Origin: Raja brachyura
Taxonomy: Eukaryota
NCBI GenBank assembly: GCA_963514005.1
Contig: OY740796.1
Location: forward strand, 46,872,001-46,936,000
Direction: 5' to 3'
Length of the DNA: 64,000 bases
Shown here: one piece after another, positions 1 to 12,660 of the stretch
Layout of the letters: the number at the start of each line of letters is the position of its first letter
Numbering within the stretch: the stretch's first letter is position 1
The notes under the pieces: generated by a model
What the model saw: only the letters and a program-made list of their open reading frames with translations
Told to the model about the DNA's origin: nothing
Database searches by the model: none
Made by a program: the position numbers and the translations under genes

Positions 1-211
1 GGGTTTTATTTGCCAGATGTTAATACAAATTCATTACATTTTCTTAGTGCTGGATAAACTTTAGGGAATACTTGCAATGGCAATTGCGGGTTTATTTTAA
101 AACACTTATTTCTATAATTCCTTGACTAACAGATTAGTAACTAATAAGTGCTTGTTTTGAAATAATAGGATATACATCATATTCTTTGCCAGTTTTGACA
201 TAGTGCCCTGA

Positions 212-398
212 TGGGCCTGTCCCACTTAGGCAACTCTTTAGGTGACTGCCAGGAACTAATTTTAATGGAATTCACCTCTGACACCTGGTGACAACCTACG
301 ATGGTAAAAAATTACGCCACTGTGGACGAAAATTTTTTCGGACGTGTTGAAAATTTTGTGGCAGTCGCCCAAAAAATCACCTAATTGGGACAGGTCCA
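212..398. mobile_element. PIF/Harbinger non-autonomous element (MITE)
   Basis: TIRs tgggcctgtcccacttagg / cctaattgggacaggtcca, 3-bp TSD TGA (209-211, 399-401). Confidence 0.8.
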
Positions 399-662
399 TG
401 AGGCTTTGTGGCAATATTAGCAATAGAAATATACTATTACAATTTCCAGCCTTGTGACCCAGCATAGAATTGAAATAACAGAGTGGGTGCTATCAGGCCA
501 AGGGAATTAACCACTGTTTAATGAGGATTACAAAAGAACCTGCCAGCAACAGCAGCAGATATATTAAATATGAGCTGTTAAGGTTGCAACACAGGACTAC
601 ATGTATGCCCAACAGCATTAAGAAAACATAAGCAATAGATAGGGCCTAATGATCTTGTAGCC

Positions 663-1088
663 CAGGGGTCAGCAACCTTGTTCTGCATAGGCGCCAGGAC
701 TCGTGTCTGTGAGCAGATGGTGGCCACATCTATCACGTGTACACATGGATCCCGCCCCAGATGGCAGGCATCAAATCACGTGTTCACAGAAGGTAGACAA
801 AAATGCTGGAAAAACTCAGCTTGTGAGGCAGCCTCACGCAATTCTTGCATGTCTCACCCGCTGAGTTTCTCCGGCATTTTTGCCTACCTTCGATTTTTCC
901 AGCATCTGCAGTTTCTTAAACATGTTCACAGAAGGTGCGCGGCCATGCCGGAGGCTTTGCGCAGGATGCCAGTGCGCGGCCCTCGGCGGCCGGATGATTA
1001 CGGGGGAAAAAACCCGCCTGTGGGCTGGATGATTTCGGGTTACGGGTCGCATTTGGCCGGGGGGGGGGGCATATGTTGCCGACCCCTG
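663..1088. mobile_element. hAT (Charlie-like) non-autonomous element
   Basis: TIRs caggggtcagcaac / gttgccgacccctg; exact 8-bp TSD ttgtagcc (655-662, 1089-1096). Confidence 0.88.
795..922. mobile_element. Penelope-type palindromic short insertion nested in the hAT element
   Basis: Inverted arms aaaaatgctggaaaaactcagc / gctgagtttctccggcattttt; 14-bp direct repeat tgttcacagaaggt at 781-794 and 923-936. Confidence 0.7.
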
Positions 1089-1149
1089 TTGTAGCCCATG
1101 GATCAGATCAAAGCTCTATAAACAGGCGTGATCATCTTCTTTCCTTCCA

Positions 1150-2076
1150 TCATAAGATCAGCAAGATGAAATAGTTGACCAAGGAAGCCAGGTGTGAACA
1201 AAACCGCATTCACGGCAGCAGAGCTGCTGTAGAGAGATTGACGACTTCAAGTTTCTAGGCATCCTTCGCACCTGCAACTGGTTATGTGGTGATCAAGAAA
1301 GGGAATCATCGTATTTACGTTCTTGGGCGCTTAAGATTTGGTATGCCAGGAGAATTCTCATGAACTTCTACTGATGTGATGTAGAAATTATTTAGACAGG
1401 ATGCATCTCACTCAGCCAGCTCTGGGAACGCCTCTGCTCTTGACTGTCTGAACCAATGGGGAGTGGTGAGCAAAGTCCAGTTCATCATTGTCTCTTCGCT
1501 TCCATTGTCCATCTTTAGTGAATTGTATCAGGAAGGCTGGAAGTATCGTCAAAGATGCCTGCCACTCTAGCCATTCTTTTCTCCTTTCTACCTCATTGGA
1601 AAAGGTATAAAAGCTTGAAAGCCCAGATGTCCAGACTTAAGAACAGGTTATTTCCCAGTGCTAACAGACCCCCAAACCGATTGCAACTTTCACATCTTCT
1701 TCCTGGTAGTGCTGCCATGTACCTGTACTCTTTTGGTGTACCTCCTTTGGTGATTAGTTTTTTTGTAGTACCTCAGAATGTTCTGCGATCTTGCACCCTT
1801 CTGCTTAGTTGCACTTTTCATTGTAGATATGCTGCGTTGGAAGGACCTGCAGGTACTGGTTTACACTGAACATCAACACAAAATGCTGGAGTAACTTAGC
1901 GGGAGAGGCAGCATCTCTGGAGAGAAGGAATGAGTGACAGAATCACAGAAGAAAGATCTTGACCCGCAACGTCACCCATTCCTTCATTGTAGATATACTG
2001 TTTAATCTGTGAGCTTTGTGTGTACAATGAATTTCATTGCACCCTGCTGTATGTGACAATAAACTAATCTAATCTA
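1150..2076 (+). mobile_element. Degraded Rex1/Babar-like LINE 3' portion
   Basis: Remnant cttcaagtttctaggcatc (FKFLG) and RLKNR.FP motif; ends in 3' tail gtgacaataaactaatctaatct; boundaries approximate. Confidence 0.55.
1831..1982. mobile_element. Penelope-type short insertion (degenerate hammerhead motif)
   Basis: cacaaaatgctggagtaacttagcggg...gaagaaagatcttgacccgcaacgtcacccattcc; 14-bp direct repeat ttcattgtagatat at 1817-1830 and 1983-1996. Confidence 0.7.
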
Positions 2077-2920
2077 GAAGTACTTGCCAATGATTGTTAA
2101 ATGTTCAATTTCACTTGCAACTCTTCAGTAAACAAAGCATTCCGTGTTTGTTTGCAGCAAGATCTAGAGAACATCCGGGCATGTCCTGTGAAGTGGCAAG
2201 TAACAATCAAATTGTAAAAATGCCAAGGAATGAATACATCGCTTGTGTCTGATCACCAGCATTGACTAGTTTTTGCATCGACTTTTTGTGTGCCACGGTT
2301 GTCCAGTACCTCAACTGGACTAGCCATATAAATACTGTCAGTACAAGAAAAGGTCAGGAGCTGGGTTTGGAATGTTCCAGGATCCAGATTAAGGGCCAGA
2401 GTTCAGACCAAGCACCAAGAGTGTGGCTGAAGTTAGGGCTGGGTGTTGGTATGCTTATATATTTCTTGCTCCCTTTTAAATTCACTGGATTTGCTGGAAG
2501 GAACATCGCTACCATGTAATGTGAAAAGGAGTGAAATAATACTATTAATATAATACAGTATTCCAGATAATTTTCCAATTTTATCTAACCACTGTTTCCA
2601 TATTTTCTCTTTTTTTGTTCCGTTTCCCATTTCCCCCCCCCCCCCCTAACTCTCCTTGTTCCATTTCACCCACAGCTTCCACCCTCTACCCATTCTCAAC
2701 ATGATTCTGGTTCCATTTGCCATTCACCACTTCCCTTGATTTCTCTTCCTTACTTATTGGATTCCAGCACTGATAGCCTTTGTATTCCTGCACATCACCC
2801 TCCCAGCTTTCTCTACCTTTGCTCCACCCCACCCCCCAAACTGGTCTCCCAATTCCATCCTCCCCATGTCCTACTTGGTTCTGTTGGCTTGCCGTCCCTC
2901 AGTCCTCATTGGTCCACCGA

Positions 2921-3400
2921 TCAGTGTTTACTACTTTTTGTAGTCTTTTCCGCTCCAGGGCGTTCAAGTTGCCGAACCAGGCCACGATGTAACCGGTCAG
3001 CATGCTTTCTACTGTGCACGATGCAACCAGTCAGCAAGCTCTCTACTGTGCACCTGTAGAAGTTAGAGAGAGTCCTCCTTGACATACCGACTCTCCGTAA
3101 TCTTCTCAGGCAGTAGAGGCGCTGATGTGCTTTCTTAATAATTGCATCAGTGTTCTCGGACCAGGAAAGATCTTCAGAGATGTGCACGCCCAGGAATTTG
3201 AAGCTCTTGACCCTTTCAACCATCGACCCGTTGATATAAACGGGACTGTGGGTCCCCATTCTACTCCTTTCAAAGTCCACAATCAGTTCCTTGGTTTTGC
3301 TGGTGTTGATGGCCAGGTTATTGTGCTGGCACCATATGGACGAGCAGTCGCTCGTTCTCTCTTCTGTACTCTGACTCATCCCCATCAGTGATACATGCAT
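2921..3400 (-). mobile_element. Rex1/Babar-like LINE, RT C-terminal fragment
   Basis: ORF NNLAINTSKTKELIVDF...FKFLGVHISEDLSW...KKAHQRLYCLRRLRR...FYRCTVESLLTGCI is typical of non-LTR RT thumb region. Confidence 0.85.
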
Positions 3401-5129
3401 TTCATCTGTTGCACTGTACTCTTATGTGTCCATTTTAAAAAAGATTACAAAATTTCAATGAATACCACATTTTCTAGGCACACTTTTTAACACGTTCAGG
3501 AAAGACTGGACATCCTAGCGGAACTTTTACTTTGTGTAGCAGTGCAAGAAATGCTTTGACTTTATCAGGGGCATTTCAGCAGATACCTTATTAAATTTTC
3601 CCAAATTGTATTTTTCCATTCTATCCTGTTGATGGAACATTTTTAGGACCGAGACTGCAGAAAATCATGCATCTTCATTTTTCACTGTATTTTTCCTGTT
3701 TTGTTCCTCCAGTTATTTGGCACACAATTTATGCTGCAATTTCTCCTCCATTTTCATTTGTCCTGGTTTGAAGTTCATTCAAATGTTACCAATTTATTGA
3801 TATAAATCAGAAATAGTAAGACGTAATTATTTTAGTGACATCTTGATACTCGTGTATATTTTTGAAAGGTGTATATCCCTATCATTCTGGCTTATTTCTC
3901 AGTGATTCACTCATCATTGCTAAGAATACTGATTGGTATAATGGCACACACGCAGCCATTCAGCCCACTGAATCTATGCCATTTTGTATTGTTGATTACT
4001 TGAGAGTTCTCTTCCTCAAAATGTGACCCAAGCACTATCTATATTATCTTGTAAATTATCTGTGAACAAAGATAATATTTAAATCCCTTATAATTTGATA
4101 TTGTAAGCATGTAGTAAGTTCCTGATGCCATGCAAGTTGTCTTGAAATTGGTTGTAGAAGGGACTCTTCTTCTGAGTTTTTAGGCAGTGATAGGATTGAA
4201 GCTCTCTTGCTTCCACATTGGTTGTGTGCATTCTGAGGTGAGTAATTTGTCCTTGCTTCTTGTGTTTGTAAATAGAAGATAGAGCGCTTTCTCTTGAGGA
4301 AATTGTTTTGTTGATAATCTGAAATGATTGGTAACAATAGCAGGAGCTCTTGCGGATTGTGTTTACTTTTGATAGTCAGTTTACTCTAAACTTTTTTTTA
4401 AAGTTTTCAATAAGTGATAGGATCTAGTTTATTTATAGATGTTTGATATCATGGTATATGCAAGGATATAATACCTCTGCCTGCAAAATACTTCAATGTA
4501 ATTTGAAAATAAATAATCAAAAGAAAGCAACACAATGTTGCTGTTTTAGGCATGATATTTATAATTGCTTATTATTTTTCAGTACTGAATCTTTTGCAGT
4601 ACTGAATTTGTACTGAAGTTTCAGTACAAATGCACATTTCAATTATTCTGGAAAATAATATTTCCAGGTTGGCTTTTAAATACAGAAGATATTTTGTCTT
4701 GTTATTCTTGCTTCGAACATTGTTACAAAACAGCCATAAGTTTGTAATAAAAGTCTACGGTGAAAGATAACGCACATCCAGGAAGTTGTATGCAGAAAGG
4801 TTAGTCACAGTGTTCACCACTTTAAAGTTCATTTGTTAGCTTTTATTGTTTGTGCTCACTGGAATTATATGGCATTTTTCAATGGATGTTTTTAGTCTCC
4901 AACAGAATTACATTTTTTTAAAAAATGATCGTGTCACAATATGATACCATTTACTCATTTCTGTAATATTGATTTGGTTTATGCTACTGGATAGCTAGCA
5001 GTTTTGAAGGAGAGAAGCCTCAGCATGTTCTAAATTTCTGCATATCTGGACAGTAGTACGGAAGTATAAAATGCACTGGGGTTCAGATACGGGTGCATCC
5101 AAGCTCTCTCTAGTTAGAATTGATCTTAA

Positions 5130-5790
5130 CCTTTTTTCACCCTGACACTCAACACTCGTGCCCTTCAAGATTGTGCTCAGTACCTTGCTCTAATCACTGT
5201 ACACCCATGGCCTTCTGACGAAGTAGAATGTCAACTTTATTTTTAAGTTAGCTGATGACCTCTGTTAGCAATAATGATGAACTGAAATTCAGAAAAGAGA
5301 TTAAGACCCGTGCGCTGGTGATAGGACAACAATGTAGCCCTTAATGTTAACAAACTGAGAGAATTTGTTGACATTCCCTTCAAGCCAGGAGGTGAACACA
5401 GCCCTGTCCTCATCGACAGTTGCTGTGTCCACAGCTTCAAGTTCCTAGGTAGTCTTATCACCAGCAACCTAACCTGGTTGTTTCATAGTGATGAGGTGAA
5501 AGTGCATCAGTGTACTTTCTTGGGGTCTGACAAGATTTGGTTTGTCCACGATGATTCTCTTGAACTACTACAGATGTGTTAGAGAAAGTATTCTGAGGGG
5601 GGTACATCTCAGCCTGTCGTGGCAACAGCTCTGCTCTCGATCCCTGAACCTGCAGAAAGTGGAGCACAACTCAGTCTATCACAAGCTTGTCACTTTTTTT
5701 TCATCCATGTGTTGCATCTGGAAGGCATCAAGGATGTTTGCTACCTGGCCATTCTCTTTTCTCTCTCCTACCTCCTGGGAGAAGTTATCC
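5130..5790 (+). mobile_element. Degraded Rex1/Babar-like LINE fragment
   Basis: aacaatgtagcccttaatgttaacaaactgagagaatttgttgac and agcttcaagttcctagg resemble the 2921-3400 element in + orientation. Confidence 0.6.
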
Positions 5791-6269
5791 TGCGCTGACT
5801 CAAAGTGCTAGAGTAACTCAGCAGATCGGGCTGCATTTCTGGAGAACTTGGATAGGTTGCATTTGTGGTCAAGACCCTTTTTCAGACTGATTGTATCGTA
5901 TGTTGTGCTATTGTGATTATATATTGGAAACTCTTAACACCATTTGACTCTTGATGTCTTTAGTTTCCATTTTCAGTGTTTGAAGAGTAGGGCATGTAGT
6001 CAACACTGTGTAGTATCCAAACCTGGCTGTGTATCTAACTTGAAATATGCATGTTAGTTGTAAATTGGAACAGAGCTGAACAAGCTTTGTGTTCTTTTTG
6101 TTATCCTTTATATTATTTTAGATCTGAGAATTTTAGATTAATTTCATTTTTCCAAATTAAGATGTTTTGTCAGTATATTTTGTTTCTGTTTCAACACAGA
6201 TTGTGGATGTTGATGACATTGATTGTCCATCCAAAATTGTTCTGGTAATGGGAATAATTAGGATGGACA

Positions 6270-6400
6270 ATCCTGGTAAGGGTGGCTGATTTCCTTCCCT
6301 GAAGGACATTTTGTGAACTAGATGAGTTTTTACAACATTCTTAACACATTTTTTGGCTGCTGTTACTGAGATGAAAACATTTCAACTTGAATATATTTTG
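6270..6400 (-). mobile_element. Ancient SINE remnant (SacSINE1/Deu-SINE-like)
   Basis: ggctgatttccttccctgaaggacattttgtgaactagatgagtttttacaaca resembles recalled shark SINE consensus. Confidence 0.45.
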
Positions 6401-8689
6401 GAAAGATAAAGGAAAGTCAGTCATCTTGGATTTCTTTGCCTTTGGACCAAGAATGTGTTCAAGTCTGTGTGGTTAGCTGTTGTGCAATGGCAACTCCACA
6501 TTAAAAGAATTTATATGTAGTAACTTTTCACTCCACAGAACTGGACTAGAGACCAGTCAATCTTGAACCTGAGATGAAACTGAAGAATGTGATTGGACCT
6601 TTAGATTGAAATTCTGGCACAATATTTTAATTTTAAGAGCTATATGTTTGTGGATTTTACTGAAATCTTATTTTGTAAAATAATGCTAAACATTTCTGAA
6701 TGCCAAAAGTATCCAAAAATGGAAATGGAACATTTGTAGATCATCATACTCTTTTTACAATTATTTACATTTTATTAGGTAATTTACACCAAAGCATAAT
6801 TGAATTAGTTGTATGTGGCTATTGGTGAAGACATTTCTTGGCATTTGAAAATACCCAATTTACAAGCATGGTCCAAGTTTATTTTATCTTCATAAAATTA
6901 TTTGATGATTAAAATTATTCCAGGGAAACAATCCCGTTCATCCTATTCTGCCACCTTATTCCCTTTTAACATACTCTCTGTTGCATCTTCCAATTAAACA
7001 CTCCTCGTGCATCCCTTTGATTCATTTTGCTATGAATCTACATGGGTTAATTTACAATTGGCAGTTAATCTATCAGCATATTTTTGCGAGGTGGATGGGG
7101 GAACCAGGAAATCTGGCAGAAATGGTCATAGTTACAGGTAGAATGTGCATGTTCCACATTGGCCAATAACCAAAATCAGGGTAAAACCTGGGTGCTGGAA
7201 CTGTGCTGCCCAAATATTGACAACCTGGGGTTAAAACAAAGTTATTCTGTGAAGGAAATTATTTGCTTTAATTTTAAATCTTTTTGTGTTTTTGCACCCT
7301 TTTTTTAAAAGAAAATACATAGTTGTTATCAGCTAGAATATGAGAGTGGAAACATATGCTAATGTGTTAGGAGGCCAGGCCTCTTTGTTCAGCTAGCTTG
7401 TGCAAACTCAAGCATAGAGACTAGCTGCCATATTTTTGTGGCGAAGTGCCTGTGAGAACCAGTTAGCTATGATTCTTGCCAACATGCGAATGGGAAAACA
7501 GTAAAAGGATAATCTTTGTACTATGTGAAGTAAGTTCATTGATACTATTTAAGTGGAACAAGGGATCAATAAAGCAATCTTGTGTAGATAAAGTATTTCC
7601 TTTACTGATTACCAATTTGTGTTTTCACATTCCTTATCAAAAACGGAGATTTGTTAAGAAACTGAACACATGTAACTCATAAATTGGTATCGTTTTAGTA
7701 ATTGATTTTGTTTCGATGTAATACTGAAAACATAGAGTTTATTACACAAAGGTAATCTTGGAGTTCATGTTTGTTATTTTTTAATTGTAGAATTCAATAG
7801 CATTTGCAGTGATTTTATTAATGCTCAGTTTCAAATACTGAGAGGCCAAACGTGTGCCTCAGTGACTTAGAGCAGAGAAGTTTAAAGCTGGAGAAATGGA
7901 ACAAGTGTCGTGAAAACAAAGAGAAATTGCTACGTAAACTACAGTGCAGAGAAATGTTTTACATCATTGGTGGGCAAAGTTGCATCTTCTAGGTGTGTTC
8001 AAATTCTATTTTAAAGCAAACAAAACATATGTATTGCAAATAAAGTATTTTATTTCATTTGAAAAGTTGCTGGTGCAAGATAGTGAGGAAAAGATTTGTG
8101 CTGGTATGTATGGGTATATATATATTTTTTAAATGATAGTTCGGCTAACTCGGTTTCATTTTGTGGAACAGTTTCTTGCACATTATATTTAAAATGTCGG
8201 TTTTAAGGTTTTGATAAGGTCTCTAAAGCAAGGTGTGTATGATGAGTACTACCCCATCTTGCGAGGTGCTGGGTTATGTAGACTCATTACCTTTTCTCCA
8301 CCCTGCCTGAGTTCTGCCTCTGTGATTGTTTAAATATTTTATTTTGCTTCTCATTTTTCTGTCATTGGTCTTTAATGCAACAACAAAATCAAAATCCTTG
8401 TAAGGCTTTCTGTGCTTCGAGGATCTGGCGACATATATCATATATATAAGTATAGAGAAGAAAGATAATGAAAAGAAGACTGTGTACATATTGCTATGGG
8501 GTAGTTGCTATTTTGCAGAGAAGGTGGAAGGCTTGAGATGTGGTCAAGTTAAGCCACTTTATCAGAAAAAAAACAACCTACACGAGTGCAATTGGTGTGA
8601 GTGTGTAGTTTGTAGGTGTCCAAACGTATTGCGGGATATTCTTTTTATTGACTAAAGAGAGCTGCCATTCCCTCGGTGTAAAGAAAATG

Positions 8690-9170
8690 TGCATCACATG
8701 TCTTTGTTTAAACTTTTCCCCTCTCACAGTATTTCCAAGTATTTTACTTTCCACTCTGGGGAAAAGGGCTCTGACTATCCTATACATACCTTTCATCTTT
8801 TTACATGCTTATATCAGGTCAGCTCTCAGCCAACAATGCTCCATAGAAAATAATTCGAGATGAGATGAGGAAAAACTTTTTGCCAAATTTTATACAGTAT
8901 TTCCTGACATATGAAGGTAAACACTTGTATACATTCTTCACTTCCTACCCATTTAAGTTGCCACTTTTAGGGAGTTCTGAACTTGCACCCCAAGATCACT
9001 CTGTACATCAATGCTCCTAAGGGCCCTTCCACTTACTAGATACTTTTCTCTTGCATTTGATCTCTCAAAATGCATCACCTGGCACTTGTCTGCATTAAAC
9101 TCCAAATGTCATTTCTCTGCCTAAAGTTCCAACGTAACTATATCCTGTTGTATCTTTGACAAACCTTCCT
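8690..9170 (-). mobile_element. Degraded CR1 LINE fragment
   Basis: ttaaacttttcccctctcac...ctctggggaaaagg; aaaatgcatcacctggcacttgtctgcattaaactcc typical of antisense CR1. Confidence 0.55.
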
Positions 9171-9281
9171 GTTTCATGTTTTATGAAACCTGTTTGTATA
9201 AGAGTTGCAATTTATCAAGGAAGTTTTATTAACAATGTTAACCAAGTACTAACATTCTGAAAGCTGGATGTTACAAAGTAA

Positions 9282-9569
9282 AGGGCCTGTACCACTTTCC
9301 CCAGTTACTCACAAATTCTCCTGAGTTTTCCCCTTGATTCGAACTCTGAGAATTATGGTAATAGCCAGCCGTATGTACTCGGGGTTATTTTCTTTACTCG
9401 TGGACAGTTTTCAACATGCTGAAAAAACGTCCCGACTTACCTGATGCCCCGAGTACCTACGGCTGGCATTACGAGCCGCTACGAAATATCTACCAACATT
9501 CTCCGAGTTTGAATTAAGAGGAAAACTCAGGAGAATTTGTGAGTAACTCGGGAAAGTGGGACAGGCCCT
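9282..9569. mobile_element. PIF/Harbinger MITE with long (~65 bp) TIRs
   Basis: agggcctgtaccactttccccagttactcacaaattctcctgagttttcc / ggaaaactcaggagaatttgtgagtaactcgggaaagtgggacaggccct; TSD TAA both sides. Confidence 0.9.
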
Positions 9570-9703
9570 TAAGGCAGAATTTTATTCAATAGGGATGTTT
9601 GCAAGATTCCAATGCAGCCAATCTTTTAAAGAATTTTTAATAAATGGACAAACTCTTAGGACATTATCTTAAACATTTATTGAAATTGAATTTATTTCAA
9701 ATA

Positions 9704-10587
9704 TCCTTTATAACTATAAAACTCTGATCTTATATGTGTGTGTATGTATTTATTTGTTTGTGTGTTGTCACATCTTCTTGAGAAAACGACGCGCTAACGA
9801 TAAAATGTTTACATGTTGGGGTAGAGATTTACCCCCTGGACTCCGAAATCGCCTTATCTGAAAATTTTGTTCTTTATTTCTCCAGTTATTTCTGAAAATG
9901 TTCACAAATCCGATGAAACTTTGAAATCAAAAGGCCTGTTTTTCGCTGATGGCATCACAATGGATCTGCGTGCCTGCGTCTGCTTGCGCTGCGAGTGATG
10001 CCACCCCTCCACCTCTCCCTCCTCCCCCCGTAATTCAAAAGACTCTGCCGGAGTGAACTCAAAGTCCTTTGGTTGCCGGCCGCGCACCCCTCACTCGGGA
10101 GTCCTCGGGCCGGTGTATGGTGGGGAGGTTGCTGCTGCAGATTAGAGCTGGTGAGGGTTATTGCGTTCGGGAGCCAGCCCTGCGACGCCATGCACCATCT
10201 CTCGGGCCTCCTCTCTCCCCCTCCCCCGGGCCTCCTCTCTCCCCCTCCCCCGGGCCTCCTCTCTCCCCCTCCCCCGGGCCTCCTCTCTCCCCCTCCCCCG
10301 GGCCTCCTCTCTCCCCCTCCCCCGGGCCTCCTCTCTCCCCCTCCCCCGGGCCTCCTCTCTCCCCCTCTCTCTTTGCCCTCTCTCTCTAAACACGCCTGTG
10401 AGTTGGGGGCTATGCGTCAGTGGATAGGACGAGGATGGGGTAAAAGGAGCCAATGAATAATATTAATATATTATCAAGGGGATAGTTAGTGTGTGTGTGT
10501 GTGTGGGGTGGTTAGTGTGTGTGTGACCGCAGGCCACCGCAACCATGCGTTGAGGGGACGGGACCAAACGGGCCCCCCTTGGTCTAG
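9704..10587 (+). mobile_element. Non-autonomous Helitron-like element
   Basis: Begins TC after host A, ends CTAG before host T, imperfect GC hairpin (gggacc-aaacg-ggcccc) just before the end, no TSD, GC-rich interior against AT-rich flanks. Confidence 0.6.
10203..10367. repeat. 24-bp minisatellite (cgggcctcctctctccccctcccc) x ~6.9
   Basis: Identical units starting 10203, 10227, 10251, 10275, 10299, 10323, 10347. Confidence 0.95.
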
Positions 10588-11949
10588 TATTACTTAATAA
10601 CTGAACAACCTGTGCACAGACTCTGAGGTTTTAGAAACTTTTAAAACGTTTTAGAAAGTTTTTCAATTATAAAAAAGCGCAGCATCCGTTTGTTTGAATA
10701 AAAGAGAAATATATAATTCGTTCAGTAATGTAGCCTGTCTTGTGGGTGAGATGACAAATGGAACACTTTTCTGAAAATAAAAAAAAACCTTATTTGAATG
10801 ACCTTTGAATACTGAGCAGCTCGTCCCTTTCTGCTGATGGGGCTTTTTATTTGTAAATTGGTTGTTTGTGATCTGGACAATCCTTAATGCAACTGCATAA
10901 TTGTTTTTGACAAGTTTACAGCAGAGAAGTGTCAAGTGATCTTTTTCCAACGGTGTTCATTTAATAGGGAACGGAAATGATAACATGTTGTAAATAATGT
11001 GTTAACTAGGTTGAGACTGAGCCTCCTGTTTTTGCCAAAGTTGTCTTTCCAAGTTAAATTTGATTCAAGCAGGAAAGTAAACACACTGGATTGTGAAGCA
11101 CAGAATACTGTTTTTTGCTTCAGATAACATTATTCTTAAAATTATTTTGTCCAATGTACAAATCATTTGAAATATGAAACACTATGAAATTGTGTTCACC
11201 ATAATTATGTTTTGATGGTTTTGGAGAGCATGGAACATTCAATTGTGGCTCAATTTTTAGGGATCAATATAATCCATTTAAAATGTGTTCTGTCTTTTTC
11301 TCTTAGTCCTGCGTTTTCCTTTCTTCAAATAATTACCCATATTTAGATTAAAGATGTAATACCCACTGATTCAACTGTTGTCTGCAGCTAAGGGGTTCTT
11401 GGTTAGGATTTTGCAGAAACTGCCATTTTTTGAAATTTATTTGGTATCTGTCTAATATCTTTCAATGAGAAACAAACTAGGAACAGAAACTTTCTCTTGA
11501 AATGTAACGCCTTTGTTATGCTTTTTAAAATTAATTTACAGAGTAATTATTTTGTTAAAACACAAGTTTAGCAATTTTATGCACTAACTAGTTGGCACAA
11601 GTTTTGCTTGTGTTTCTCGATCATTTGGAAGTCAGCAAGACTTGGAAAGATGGGGATTATGAAACATCTTTGGTACACTTTATAGAATATATTTTCTGGT
11701 TCAAGAGTCTAGATTGCTTCTCACTGCAAAAGCACATTATGTATTGGAGAATCTGGCTACATGCTCCAAACTCATCAAAACCGACCAAATGTATGGAACC
11801 TAGTTCAGGAATTAAAAAAAAATTTAGATCACGTTTTAACTTTACATCTAAATATGTGTCTGACGTGATGTGCTACACTTTCAAATATATGCAACTTCGC
11901 TTTTAGTGTTGAGCTTTTCTTATGATCATTATGATAATTGCAAAATAAA

Positions 11950-12660
11950 ATGGTGGTAGTCATTAAGACAGGTCACATTTTCTTGGACTGGAATGATGGA
12001 GGCTTTCTTGATGTAGATGGGGACACAACTGAGAGGTTGAAGAGTGTCAGTAAAGGTTGTGGCCAATTTTTTTCTGAGAGTTTGCGGGGGGGTCACTGGG
12101 GGATGGCTAGGTGGCGTTTATCTGCCTATTTAAAATAAACATTAAAGGCAATAAGCTCACCTGGTTGTGATGCATGATCACCAGAGATTGGCCACGACAT
12201 AGGTTTATGATATTCAAGCCCTGCCACATTCGCCAGCTGTCCATTTGATTAGGTTGAGCCTCCAGCTTGTTTTCGAAGTCTGTTGTGGCTTCCATTATAG
12301 TTTTGCAGAGATCACAACTTGGCTGCCGTATACAGTGTGGGATCATGCTTCTTTAGTAGAGAGTAAGTCTCCCTGTTCATCCAAGGTTTCTGGTTCTAAT
12401 TGACCCTGATGTAATCAACGTGTTTCTTGATTGAAGCCGGTGATGACTGAAACATAGACCTGCAGGAGTAGGCCATTTGGCCCTTCGACATTCAAGCTGG
12501 ATGAAGTGTCCTTGAACATGCTTCAGTCCATTGACTCAATATAGTTCTGAAGAGACAGTAGACTGCAGCTGTTTTGCTATTTTCATTGGTGCCCCGCGTA
12601 TAAGCCTCTGTAAGCCAGCAGATGCAGCACAGGTAGACGATCAGACTGGAAGATCAGGAT
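11950..12660 (-). mobile_element. Degraded LINE fragment (Rex1/Babar-like linker region)
   Basis: Minus-strand remnant DFENKLEAQ...RMWQGLNII resembles the region upstream of RT; boundaries approximate. Confidence 0.5.

Noticed and set aside
10203-10367. Possible CRISPR-like array
   Set aside because: Head-to-tail identical units with no spacers; eukaryotic DNA
10069-10456. Pro-rich / Arg-Glu-rich ORFs in several frames
   Set aside because: Translations of a stop-free 24-bp minisatellite; no splice context
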